Positions 26,201 to 38,105 of a stretch of 64,000 nucleotides of DNA are shown one piece after another. Origin of the DNA: Penicillus capitatus (lineage: Eukaryota; Plantae; Chlorophyta). Numbering within the stretch: position 1 is the first letter of the stretch; every line of letters begins with the position of its first letter. The DNA lies in the NCBI GenBank assembly GCA_965649825.1, contig OZ287711.1, positions 45,201 through 109,200 of the forward strand, given 5' to 3'. The position numbers and the translations under genes are program-made. The notes below the pieces were generated by a model. It ran no database searches. It was not told the DNA's origin and saw only the letters and a program-made list of their open reading frames with translations.

Positions 26201-29200
26201 ATGGATGGAGATCTGCATCATCTACGTCGATGGCTTTTTGACGATCTGCGTCCAGGCAGCAGGATGGAATGGTGCGCTGGAGCGACGACAGTGCAACAGA
26301 GGCGAGGGTGTGATTCTGTGGTCACCGGGAGATACGGTTGTCTCTGGACGCAGCTCCGGGGCACCTGTCGTCCGGCGATCTCGCCCACACGCGCTTTCAT
26401 TGGGCGCATTACCTCGCGCCACTTTGTGAACGATGAAATGGAGTTCGACTGTGTAGCGCTGTCGCCACAGCGCACGGCATTTCTCGCGGTGGCAAACAAA
26501 CGCGGAGCTCTTTTCTTCTTGGATTTCGGTGAGCCATTTCACGCCATTGGCTAAGAATTCGGCAGTCTTCTGCACAACAGAGAGGAACAGATACGCACAG
26601 ATTCTGCGACGCGGACGCCGAATCAGCTGTCTGCACTTCTCCCTCTACGAAACGCATTGCCTGTTGATTGCGACATACGACGGGTGCGTTACTCGATACC
26701 ATATCCGAAAACGCCATGTCATCAGGTCCAACTCGCCGTCCGCGCTGCTGATTGGAGCGTCTGTGTGTGCAGCGAAATAAAGGGATTACACAAAACAGCG
26801 ATCCGTCGCCTGGAAACGACGACTCGCAGCGACTTGGCCCTCTCTCTAAGCGCCGAAATGGTGGCTCTCTGGAACGTCAGATCATCTACCGTCCTCTTCA
26901 AAAAGCGCGCTCAGATGCCCGAAGGAAGCTACGTTGGAGCTTGCGCCTTTTTTGAAACGAGCAGTGTCTGGACGCTTGATATTAGAGGACAGATTGTTTC
27001 GTGGAATGCTAAGGAGGGAGAGGCGCAGTGTGCCTATAACATCCATTTGCCCTTAGGAGACGCATTCTCTCAGATGCTTGGACGGATCACAACGGCGCCG
27101 TCCGCTGCTCATGCGTTATACATTGCCAGAACAAAGGACACTGTCCTCGAAGTGCAGCTGGACAAGGGCGAACTCCGCCCACTGTCATCGGATGCTGAGG
27201 AACATGAAGACATCTGCGGCATCGAGCTGTTCAAGAATGACGTTCTGGTTATCTGTCGTCGAAGGGGATGTCTTCTTCTAGATCTCGAACGCGAAGGATC
27301 TGTAGCAGAGGTGGATTTTGCCGTCCACGATGCGCAGCCGTTTGCAGGGAGGTCGATTGCGTTAGGCAAATCGATAATGGCTTGTCTGTCCGACACAGGC
27401 GTCATTCTCCTTTTCGACCTCGCAGCCCTTCCGAACGAGATGCAACTTCAGAAAAGCCTTACGTGTGCTATGACCCGCATGGTCGCGGTGGACCCGTCAC
27501 ATCTCGTTCCACGAGATCGTTGTGCGCAACATGTATCTCGGCCAAACACGGAGCTGAGAAACAGTCTTCTGTTCTACGGCGGTTATCCGTCCAAGTTCAG
27601 GAAGCTTGTCTGGAAGGAACTGCTCCGTCTACCCGTGAGCAGTGCCGCGTTCAGAGAACTGACGTGTAGACCACTGCCCTCGTTCATAGCGCTGAAGCAA
27701 TTGTTTCACGAAGATATCGGCGCGAGAGAAGACAAGCACGAGCGTCGACAGCGCCATGCTTTCGTTCGGCTCATTCAATGGTGTCCGATTCTTGCCGAAG
27801 TCGCCTTCGTCGAAGTCTTTGCGAGGCCGTTCGTCCGTCTGTTCAGCACAGATGAACATCTCGCCTTTGAAGCGATTGCAACGATTCTGGGCAACTGGGG
27901 ATGGCCCTTGCTGTCCTCCTATCCCGATCCGCCGCTGCAGCTGCTCTCGGAAACCGGCGCCCTTCTCAAAATGCACGATCCGCAACTGCATGCAGCTTTG
28001 GAATCTGCTCGATGTCTTCGGCGCGCGCTATGGCGGCTCATGAGTACTGGACTGTCGACGATTCTCTTCCCTTCGGACTGGCTGCTCGCATGGGATCACA
28101 TCCTGACAAACACCTTTGCATTCTATGTGTTCATGGTCGTGTCCATTGCCAAGAGTCAGCGGCAGAGACTGATGGCGGCGGCGAGAGACGGATGCATCGA
28201 AGAAGCACTAGCCACGCACCAGTCCGTTGACATTCTCCGCGTCATCCGCGATACATACGTTTTCGCCTCGACCACGCCAGAAATGCACATTCCAAGATCT
28301 GCCGCCTTTCGCCCTCTGCATCCAGCAGGCGTCGTTTACCCTTCTCTTTTTCCTCGAGATCTTCATCCGGACGGCGGACGCCTGTCCACCAAAAGTACGT
28401 CATCGCTTGTGACGACGAACGTTGTGTATCTTCGTTGTAGGTAAGAGACAGGAGCAATTGTCTTTGGATAAGATCCGGAAAGATGAAGAGGCGCTTCAGC
28501 GACAGCAATGCATCTTGAAAGAACTGGAGGAACAAGGGCTTGAATTGGAGCGGCACGTTGATGAGCAATACCACTCTCTCCACCAGACTCCGGCGACAGA
28601 CACGGTACCCGTCTTTTGGCAAAGATCTAATGACATTGTCGATGAATTTTAGCCAGAGATGAAGGGAAGAAACGTCGAAGCGCTGAGGTCGATGGTTGCA
28701 TCCAGAGAGGCAGACATAAAGGAACTGAAAAACAGTATACGCGAAGAGAAGCTCAAACATCTTCGGCAGATTAGCTCCCTCTTGGATCTTCGAGAGCAGA
28801 ATGAGCACCGACGAGCGCAAGAGAAGCAGTCGTTGCAATGTCAAAATGGTGCTGAGGAGATCAAGGTGCCACAGCTTCATTTTTAGAATTTCTTTACAGA
28901 AACGTCTTCCCTTTCGAATGTGTGCACAGGCGAAAGAAGAGCGCTACAAAACGCTGCTAATAGATGAGAGAATACGGCAGTTAGCGAGCGACCTTGAAGC
29001 TCGTTTGTTACAACAGGATCCAGCAAACAGCAAGCCAACCCCGCTGCTAAATCCAAAACCTGAGCACTCGCCTCCTTCGATCGTAGACGCCTCGTGCTGT
29101 ACAGATGCGTGTTCGACGGGAGATACTGACTGGCATCGATTCAGGGCCCATTTTCAGAAGTACGTACCGCACAAGGATTGTGGGGTTGCAGATGTATTGG

Positions 29201-29965
29201 CTTTTGATCGCGCAGGCCAGAACATCCAGTCGCTGACTGGAAGTCCTCCACAACCGATCCTTCCGGCGATGCCGCGTTTAATGACCAGACATGTTCTGCT
29301 CCACGAGTGAACAAAGAAACGAAAACGGAGAAGTCAGTTGGTCGGCAAGCGGACTTCTGCCAATCAATCGCCAAAAAAGAAGACGTCATGCGTGGAAACG
29401 ATGATAGCTTTCAGCCGCCGACGGCGTCGACTAGGTCTTCCTCGCTGAAGTTTGCTGGTTCTATGCTGTCTTCCAATGTCGAAGACGAAATCAAAGATCT
29501 TCGAGAGCGGATCCTTTGTCTACAATCGGTTTCGGCGACAACAGCTGAATCGCCACGAAGCTCGTCATCTGTGGACTCTTTCCAAAACCTAGATGCACTG
29601 CGCCGGCGCATTATGGAGAAGAGCGAACTGTCTGAAGAGTAAGTGCAGTCTGCAAGAGCTGCAGCCCAGAGAGCAAGATTCAACGCGTGCGAGCAGATCT
29701 ACTGATGCCTTTTAACCAACAAAAGATCTCGAATTCTTTGGAGTTCGTTTCTTATTTGGAAGAATCTGTCCATCAGTGGACTCTCAGTTGCAGTGGCTTC
29801 ATTTGTCGGACTTCTGCTTTTCCCAGACTCGGACGATATACGCTGCTGTCTTCAACTGTCATCAGATCTACTTATTGTGAACCTTGTTGTTCATGCATAG
29901 GAAGAACGTTGGCAAGAGCTTGCTCTTCTTCTCCAAGGGTTCCCATGCATAATGCCATTCGCTAG
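26201..29965 (+). CDS. TBC1D31: TBC1 domain family member 31 (WD40 + TBC + coiled coil)
   Basis: N-terminal WD40 segments, then LLFYGGYPSKFRKLVWKELLRLP, FARPFVRLF, FEAIATILGNW, YPDPPLQLL, HDPQL, DWLLAWDHILTN matching the recalled TBC1D31 TBC domain, followed by coiled-coil exons. Both ends approximate. Confidence 0.82.
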
Positions 29966-30227
29966 ATTTTTCCTTGTCACGTCTTTCTTTTCCATCCAAT
30001 GGAAGTCCCTTTTTGTCCAAGTCCCTTTTTTCAAGATAAGAACTGGAGATGATGATAAGAACGGCTCTGAATACTCTTCGAGATGAGTGCAGGAAGGTTC
30101 GCCAAAATCAAATCACGTATGGAATATGAAGGCAACAGAAGTGCACAACGATTAGATGGCTTTTACATCTCCCTTTGCACAATGTATATCGGGAGAGGGA
30201 CCAATACAAGCTATCAGTGTAAAGAGA

Positions 30228-31400
30228 CTATCCCCACATTCTGCCTTTAGTCTTCCAGTACATGGCAATTTGTTCAACAAATTCAGACAAGAGTTCAGGG
30301 TGTGTGAACACCAAAGCGATCGAAAGCGGTTGTTCTATTAAGTTCAGTTGTTGGCGGGCTCGCGAAAAGATCGGACATTCCAGCAGCAGATGATCTCTGT
30401 CTTCCATAGGTGCTCCGCATAGGCAGATTTGGTCCGGAACTCGTTCACCAAAGCGGTGTAGGTACTCCTTTGATGGGAAGTGATTCGCGGCGAACTGGTT
30501 TAGACGAGAGGCTTCAGATCGATTCAAATTCCTTCCAGGGAACTGTCCACGCCGGAAGCTCGAAAACCACTGCGTCAGGTGCTGGCTCTGATCCCGCTGA
30601 CAGATATCTGCGTGAGCTAATTTATCCAAAAAGCTCGAGATTGAGCATCGAGTCCAGCGTAGGTCCGGTGGAATTTCTTGCTGCAGACGCCTAGCCGGTC
30701 GTGAGCCACTGTTCCTGGCTTCAAGTTTTGCTGCTTGTATTAGGCTCCGACCTGGGGCCCAACTTTCTGTCGCCCAGAAGAAGCTGTTGCCAGCTAGCGT
30801 CCAAGTATATAAGCGTTCTTGAATGCCCACCGCAACAGAAGTGCACAGGAAAGTCGACAACAGAATACAGAACGCCAAGTAATTTCGATGGGGCAAACAA
30901 ATAGCCCAAAGACAGTTAAATACTGATAAATTTAGAAAGTCGCTTAAAAGGATCGTGCTGTTTTCACAACCTCATTTTATAAATCCATTCCGCATGACTC
31001 GTGATGACGTTTTACGGCGTGTCATGCTGGTAGCTTGTTGTAATCTTCCCTTCCCCACGACAATACCCACCTGGTGTTGCAGTGTGGACTAGGAAGTCTT
31101 CCAGACTTCAAGCAAAACTTTTCCACGACCTTTAAGTATCTAGAGGAGTCAAGTGATCCGTCAAATGGTGGCTGGTGGGTCTTTGTCTGATGTTTCTCTG
31201 AGCCTCGCCGTTTAGGTACTGCGATATTCACTACTTAATCCAAGATCTGTCGGGGGGAGCCCTTTCGGTTCGAGATTGCCCTCTTCTGTGATTGTCGTCG
31301 CGCGTCTACATTCTGCCAGATCAACGGGACCTTATATCAGGCGGAAACGACCAGGGTCGGAGTGCTAGATCGCTAGGCAGGGGAACTTCATGCCGCCCTA
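30228..31400 (-). mobile_element. Degenerate non-LTR retrotransposon (LINE) ORF2 remnant: C-terminal zinc-knuckle region plus eroded RT start
   Basis: EASRLNQFAANHFPSKEYLHRFGERVPDQICLCGAPMEDRDHLLLECPIFSRARQQL is the typical LINE C-terminal CxC...H....CP motif. Frameshifted DKDP..RIT.LLD.LKVVEK near 31100-31200 resembles RT RPISLL..LGKV.EK. Confidence 0.75.
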
Positions 31401-31699
31401 GGGGCATCTTCATTTTCTCGCTTTTGTCTAGGTGTGTTTGGGTCGGTTCTTTTCTTTTGCTCCGCTGACTGTTCGGAGTTCACACAAAGGGAAAGCGTGC
31501 GCGCCTATGTCAAAATGGCGCGCTTCTGAGGGGACACTGATGGGACGTCGTTGTAATGAGTGGCATTTCTGTCACTTGATGGTTCTCGCGCCTTTGGCCC
31601 TTCGAAGGTCTCATCCAAGAGGCCACGAGGCCACACGTGCCTCTCTCAGGAGCAAGCAAGCTCAGAAAACACTGGCGGAACATCGAGCTCGAATAGCTA

Positions 31700-32170
31700 C
31701 ATAGAACTCTCACAAGAGCACTCCGCCGCCGAGAACGACACCAACGCAGATTTGGATGGACCCCGATGGACCCCCACTCTCATTGAAGACTCAGTGAGTA
31801 AGGCAAAAGACCAGCACAAGTATGTAATCCGGAAGTGCAAGCGCGTTGCCTGGAGGGAATTTTTGGCAACGAATTCCGACACTCAGTCAGACATGTGGAA
31901 GACTGTCCGTAGAATGACCAGGTCACAGAGCCGCCCAGCGCTAGACTTTGTGCAAGACGAGCATGGAGCACTTATTCAAGATCCCGCGGACATAGCGGCG
32001 GCCTGCACACCAAGATCTTCCCGCCACTGACGATCAGGCCTTAAGATAGCGCCGCTAGAGCAGAGGAGATCCCCCTCTGCGGACAACCAGAAGGCATACC
32101 CTCAGTCTCGGAACTAGAAGCCAAGAAAGCCTTCAGCAACGGACGCTCCATGGCGGCACCAAGGAAGAAA
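31700..32170 (+). mobile_element. Second LINE ORF2 fragment (endonuclease-RT linker), opposite orientation
   Basis: HKYVIRKCKRVAWREFLATNSDTQSDMWKTVRRMTR...DEHGALIQDPADIAA, then frameshift and stop, then IPSVSELEAKKAFSNGRSMAAP, resembling P.IT..EV..AI......KAPG. Confidence 0.72.
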
Positions 32171-33448
32171 TTGGTATTGAAATGGCCCTAGGTTTTGGGC
32201 GAATGTATTCTTGATCAGTAGACTTGGACCTCTCCGCTGATGTTTAACCTAAAAAAGGATGTAAGCAGCGCCAACTTCTCTCGCGCCTTTGGCCGCGTCG
32301 AGATGAATAGGCATGAGTCGTGGCGACTAGGAGTGAGTTTCTGTGAAGTACTCATTGAAGTGCTTTAGAAGATTCTAGAATCTAATTGGGAACTTTAATG
32401 AAAACTTCACGGACTTTCCCTGTCGTCACATCAGGGACTGAGTATTTAAACGAAGGTCGGACACATAAAACATCTTTCGCTTAACATCCAAGTTTACACT
32501 TGTGTCTGTGAATCGCATACGTCTGTCTGTCAAAACATTTGCTGTCTATCGTCGTTGTAACAAGCTGTCTCTTTGCTGCAGACGTGGTGTGGCCACCGAT
32601 ATCCTTGCCCATCCTCACCTTGCCTCGAAACTTCCACTGCCCTTGTGAGATGAGCCAACCCGGAGACAATTCAGGCATCTAGTCTCCTCGTCCACGTCTT
32701 CCTTGCCGTCGCAGTGAGAGAGCGATACTCGTCGACGCCGAGGACATCATAAGGGACGTGGAGGGTCCGGCTGCCGAAGGGAGTTCTTCGCAATTACCTT
32801 GTCGGAAAAATTGCTCGTGGAACGTCGTCATCCATAAAATGATGCGATCATAACACATAAAACGACGCACCTGTGCTACTGTCACCATGTCTGATCAAAT
32901 TTCATCGTACTCTGCCCTCAAGGGGCTTGGATCAGACAACGACACTTTCAGTCCGAACAGAAGATGAGGTTATGAGCGACGGATTTGCGAATGCAGTTTG
33001 TAAGTCGATGTATTCAATTCTCAACGTCAGAACACAGGTTTTTGTTTTTGGATGTCGCGATTTATGGAGAATAGGAATGGTCGCTTTCCGAAAGAGGTAG
33101 TACTGTGATGTATGCCGCCACAGCATTCTCTCGCGATTGTTATGTCATCTAACAGATCTTCACCCATTGGCGACAATAAGTATACAAAGTCAATCAAACA
33201 GGAGAAAAACTCGCGTTATTGGGGTGCAGATACTAATCGTCTAATGCGCAAAGACCAGCGGCCTCAGAATAAAGAGCAACAAAAGCCACACATCTAGATG
33301 GACAAAATCTATACCCAGCTGGGTCACGAAGGCGATACAAAATCAAATGAATCTCGATTAGAACTCTGAGCAAATCTGCAGCAGATCAGATAAAACTTGT
33401 ACGAAATTCTTTCATCTTCGATCACGAAAGGATGCCAGAGCGCTGTAT

Positions 33449-34078
33449 TCACTCTGGGCCCAAATACTCAACCTCGAATCTGGACACGACGTCGGTGAGA
33501 ATGTTGGTGTTGATGGAGCCCATGAAAGGTCCAGAAAGTCTGTTGTTGCGAAGGGTCAGGACCATGACGTCATTAAACGGAAGAACCGTGAAGGAGTACA
33601 GCGACATGGAAATAGAACATGTCTTCGGGTCTCTGACCAGCAGGATGTCAGCGAGCGGAATATCCGGCGGGAGAATTTCGGGGTTAGGAAAGAACTCTGT
33701 CACGGATATGTTTGCCTTTCCTGCCGAAACGACGATGTCAGAACAGGCAGACGACGGTCGATGTGGACCTGTGTAGATGTTCGGAATCTGTTCGGTGAGG
33801 ACGATGTCTTGTATAGTCCGCGGCAAGAGAGTCGTGTTGCCAAGATTCGTTTGTGCGAAGGATACTGCCCTCCATCTTCCTTGCGGCAGCTCTTCGCAAC
33901 CGAAGAAGTGCTGCCAGGAGAAGCGACGAGCGTCGGCTGTAGTCGCGGACAGTGTAAGTAAAGCAGCCGCGACGAAAAGGACTACAGAACGGCATCGTCG
34001 ATTTCTGCCTGTCCAGGAAACGAAACTGTTTTTACCGCTCCAAACGCCTCCGGTGCTGCTTTTGTTCGGTGACATCAT
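33449..34078 (-). CDS. Small secreted beta-rich protein, unknown family, copy 2
   Basis: Introns 34035-33982 (54 nt) and 33768-33721 (48 nt), both phase 1, give MMSPNKSSTGGVWSVLFVAAALLTLSATTADA-RRFSWQHFFGCEELPQGRW...PNIYT|GKANI...RDPKTCSISMSLY...NNRLSGPFMGSIN...SRFEVEYLGPE*. Confidence 0.78.
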   Translation of the reverse strand: MMSPNKSSTGGVWSGKNSFVSWTGRNRRCRSVVLFVAAALLTLSATTADARRFSWQHFFGCEELPQGRWRAVSFAQTNLGNTTLLPRTIQDIVLTEQIPNIYTGPHRPSSACSDIVVSAGKANISVTEFFPNPEILPPDIPLADILLVRDPKTCSISMSLYSFTVLPFNDVMVLTLRNNRLSGPFMGSINTNILTDVVSRFEVEYLGPE

Positions 34079-34812
34079 CAAACGCAGTGCTGGAAAAGGC
34101 GTGTCTCTTAAAGGCGTATCTCCAAACGTCTCGGCAACAACTGGCAACTGAAGTAAAAGTATGGATGCTTCCGTAGCGGACTGTCTTAACCTCCGTTTTG
34201 AAGCAGTGGTTTTCTGTCTACGTGCCTTGACCGTCACTCACTGCAGAAACGGGCACCGTCCAGTAAAGGCCCGTCGGATGACCCAACGGATCTTTTTTTT
34301 GTCGACGAACGGTTTTCTTTCTTCATCACTGACTGGGGTTCCGTCCTCTCGTACGAGATCGATTGGCTGCAAGACGGAGAGATAACGGTTGATAACATAT
34401 GGCCGTCAAACATCTCTTACTGAGAATGCGATAGAATCGCAACCTGTGTAGCGAAAAAGTGGGATGAATACCCGGAAGACGTTTGGAGGATGGCGCACTG
34501 CTTCTTAGCGATGTTTTTCTGATCTTCTTTCGTCCGTCGGGCGACGATACGCTTGTAGCTCAGACACGAATTCGGTCAGCTTCTGCGTCCAAAGCATCTA
34601 AACACTCAATTGCTAAACGTACAAAGTAACCCCTTCGTCCGAATGTCAAAACGTCCCATCGTTTTCGTACAGAGCGATTCTCATAACAAGATCGCTGTCG
34701 CCATGGTCTTCTGCCGTTAAATCTCAGCCGAAAAATACACATCTCTATTCAGCCCCGAACGCGAGAAGGGAATGAGGAAAGGGTTCTTTCGATCCGATGT
34801 ATAAGTATGTGT

Positions 34813-36652
34813 TTACTGGGCCTTGTAAATCCGAGGGATGCTGACGGGATCTGGAAAATATTGGGTAATATTCGCAGAGGCACGCAGATCCCACATCTGC
34901 ATATGTCCACTATCACCTGCTCCAATGACAAGATGGCCAGCATACCTAACAGCCACGCACTCTCCTGATCCAGCCATCTATCAATAACAGTCTCATACTT
35001 GCAGAATCCACCAGCCAAGATTTCTCCAACGCTCAACGTTCTTTTCTCCACCAACTGAGGTGGCATTGCATCGTTCGTGTTGTGCCACACCTTCAACTGC
35101 GAAACAGACGACATCGCTGGTGGACCTCTCTCTGCACACGAGGCAGTACTTTTCCATCTTCGGATCCTGTCGCAAAGAGAGAGGACTGCAATGGACAGAC
35201 ACTCAGCACCGTTGCACTCTCTTTGTGCGCCGCCATTCTGAAGAGTGGATCCGATTTTGATCCTTTTCTGGCGTCGAACATCTGAACCGTCCCATCTTCA
35301 TCGCTGACCATATAGCACGTTGGCTGCTGTGTCCACCAGGTCACACATTCGCAGTCTGCATCGAGCTTCCATTTCAAAACCTCGCCATCCGGCTTGCGAA
35401 CATCTGTCTGCCACGAAGAGAAATTGCCGTCAGTGCAGGGAGTAACATTTTGATCGAGAGACCACGACACTCTTCTTGTCGTGTCCACCACTGATCAGAA
35501 TCGGCGGATCTTTTGGATTCCACTCGATGCTTTGCACCGTCGATCTGTGCAGCTTCATCTCAGATGTCATACTCCCTATAGACACAATCTCGACACACCC
35601 ACTGCCAGAGGTGCTTGCCTGTCGCGAGATCCCACACACGAAGGCGTTTGTCGTCGCCTCCACTTGCCATGACGTTCCGAACCTGTTCGTTCACCGACAG
35701 CGACATCGTCGACGTGCGACCCTTCTGATACAGAAGCACATGTCATGCATTGCTCAAACGCTCTCTAAATCTATCCCCTCACTTTGGAATCGATGTGCAA
35801 AGTGGCAACCGGCGAAATGGGATCGAGCACATCCAGATCGTAGACCTCGATATCGCTCATCATGCTGCCGACCGCCACCAGATGACGCGATTCAGAACCT
35901 AATCATCCTCCAAATGAACCATCCCATACTGAACAGACATAGACGGTACTTTTGGGCTGAACATCGAGGTACGCGCAACAGAGGGGATAAGCCGTGAGAG
36001 AAATGTCATGATGCGCAAAGAGATTGCCTTCCCGATGATCATCTGCCTCTTCATACACCCACACCTACGCAGCTCCGTTGCTAGCAGACCTCAGCCATAA
36101 GAGGCGGCACTTCGATGCCGCTCAGTATATCTTCGGCCTTCGTCGCCAACACCACCACATCGCCCTGTTCATACTCCAACACACTGTCTTCATCTGAATC
36201 TTCATCCTCTTCAGACGTCCCGCTCTTGGCTTCGTTTTCTGTCGATGCGTCGACAGGACGGGCCGCCACGATCTGATCGAAGAAAGACGCGTGTGTGCCG
36301 TCGTCTATGGACATGCCGTGTCACGGCAGTGGCGTTTATGAGATGGAGAGCAGCCACCGTCTGAGTCGTAGGCATCGAGGTCCAGTTCTTTCATCGCCTC
36401 TTCGACGTCGGGGTCGTGCGATATCGGCAGCTCCGCCGAGGTCAGGACGCGCTGCGCAGCGGTTTCGGCATTGCGGATCGCTTCATTCCGATCCCCGTCG
36501 ATCTCCATCTCCGCCGTATCTCCATCGTCGCGTCTCCTGCCCGTTCCTTCGAGTCGTCGACGTAGCTGCACCAGATCCTCCTGCGTGACTTCGGCGCGAA
36601 CGGGCCGTCGTTTCAGGACATTCAATGGCACGTAGCCAACGGAAGAAATCAT
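34813..36652 (-). CDS. PWP1: Periodic tryptophan protein 1 (WD40, ribosome biogenesis)
   Basis: Start MISSVGYVPL (cf. MISAVSWVP), KELDLDAYD, acidic DEDSDED then VVLATKAED, LHRSTVQSIEWNPKDPPILISGGHDK, MVSDEDGTVQMFDAR, LFATGSEDGK, HMQMWDL. Confidence 0.9.
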
Positions 36653-36704
36653 CAAACGTCGCGACTGTCGTACAAGAACGCTCTGCAACAAAGCACTTCG
36701 CAGA

Positions 36705-37886
36705 ATGTTTCGGCGCGGCACTTGGCGACACGGATGGACCCTTCTCGCCGCACTGCGGCAACCAAAATCGACGCCGACTGTTCTCAAAGGCGTCCTGACA
36801 ACGATAGCGCGTCCTGCGCCGCCGGAACGGACGTCCGCGTTGACGACAGGCGTCACGGGACTCGAGCGTTGGGACCCAACCTGCGCACGGGGTATCAGTT
36901 CCAGTGCCATTATCTTTCGATTCATGCAGCGATGGGAAGACGTGGCAGAGACGCTCGATCGACTGGACCGTCGTCGGCTCCTTTCGAGTCGTCACCTCTG
37001 CGCCGCTTTCCGAATTCTCAAAACTTTGCCGCGTCGTCCTTCTGATGCCTTTCTCCAGAAACTCCATGAAATGACACGACAACACGTGCGGCATTTCGAC
37101 GCCGGCGATGTCGCCGAGGTATTTGCAGCGACCGGGCTGCTTGGATGCCACGAGATGTGCCTGTTGGAAGACCTGACGCAGCACGTTCTCAGCAACGCCC
37201 TTCACCTTCATATGTCGCGGCGTGATCTCGTCCATCTCCTCTGCAGCTTACGTCTCGTCGTGCTCACTTTGCCAGAAAGTACCGAGGAGATGTTGTAGGG
37301 CAAGGACAGAGGGCTTTGAGCTTTGCCTCTTATGATGTGCTGAAAGAGGCGCTGGTGACAGAAGTGTTGCGCCCCAGTCGACGAAAGAAATTCACCGAGC
37401 GACAGCTTTACTGGATTCTGTTCTCGTTCGATCGATTCCGACCAGTGGTTCCTTTCGAAGCGGTCGAGAAGATTCTCCAAGAGCTGTCCATGCCGTTGCG
37501 GCAGATGCACCTGTCGGCGACCGATAAGATCCAGATCGCAACGACATTTACCTCACTCCATCAGCAAAGCAAAAATCTCACTCTTTTAGATACACGTTGC
37601 CTCGTGATCGTCGACGTCTTGTGTAGAGAGTGCCGTTGTCGATGCATGGATGACGAAATTGGTGGAGCCAGAGAATTTGAAGCAGTACACGTCCGGCGAT
37701 CTGTATCGACTATTCGACACCATCCTCACGGTTCGTCCAGAGGATCGCCCGACGTTGCTGGCGGCGGTCGCCGAGTTGCGTCGTCCGAGTCGCACAGATC
37801 GATTCTCCCCCGTCACTATTTCGACGATCACAGAAAGTACAGACCACGCATCTCAGACAACGCCACTAAAGCCACCTGCTTTCTGA
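36705..37886 (+). CDS. Helical-repeat (OPR/FASTK-like) protein with mitochondrial-type presequence
   Basis: Arg-rich MFRRGTWRHGWTLLAALRQ start; repeats HFDAGDVAEVFAATGLLG, FTERQLYWILFSFDRF, YTSGDLYRLFDTIL; two phase-1 introns join three frames. Confidence 0.65.
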
Positions 37887-38105
37887 CCAGAACTCATTTC
37901 CCACGGGTACTTAGACGACGACACCGTTCCATCTTTCTGGCGATACGGTCACATCGCTGGAGGGGAGGATACGAACGACCGGAAGAAACCGTCCCTTTTC
38001 TCACAGGTGAATACGACGCTCCATGGGTAGAGGTGCGTTTGAGTGTGAATACATCGTTTCTTACAAGAACCGTAGGAAGTGCGTGTCCTCCGGGCAACAT
38101 CATGT

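Noticed and set aside
31240-31290. GGTTCGAGATTGCCC as a tRNA or SINE B-box
   Set aside because: No A-box or cloverleaf; lies within the LINE remnant.
32679-32888. QFFRQGNCEELPS resembling copy 2 QHFFGCEELPQ; PYDVLGVDEY resembling DnaJ or ISL3 starts
   Set aside because: No following GxW, second Cys, HPD or DDE motif; matches are too short to support any call.
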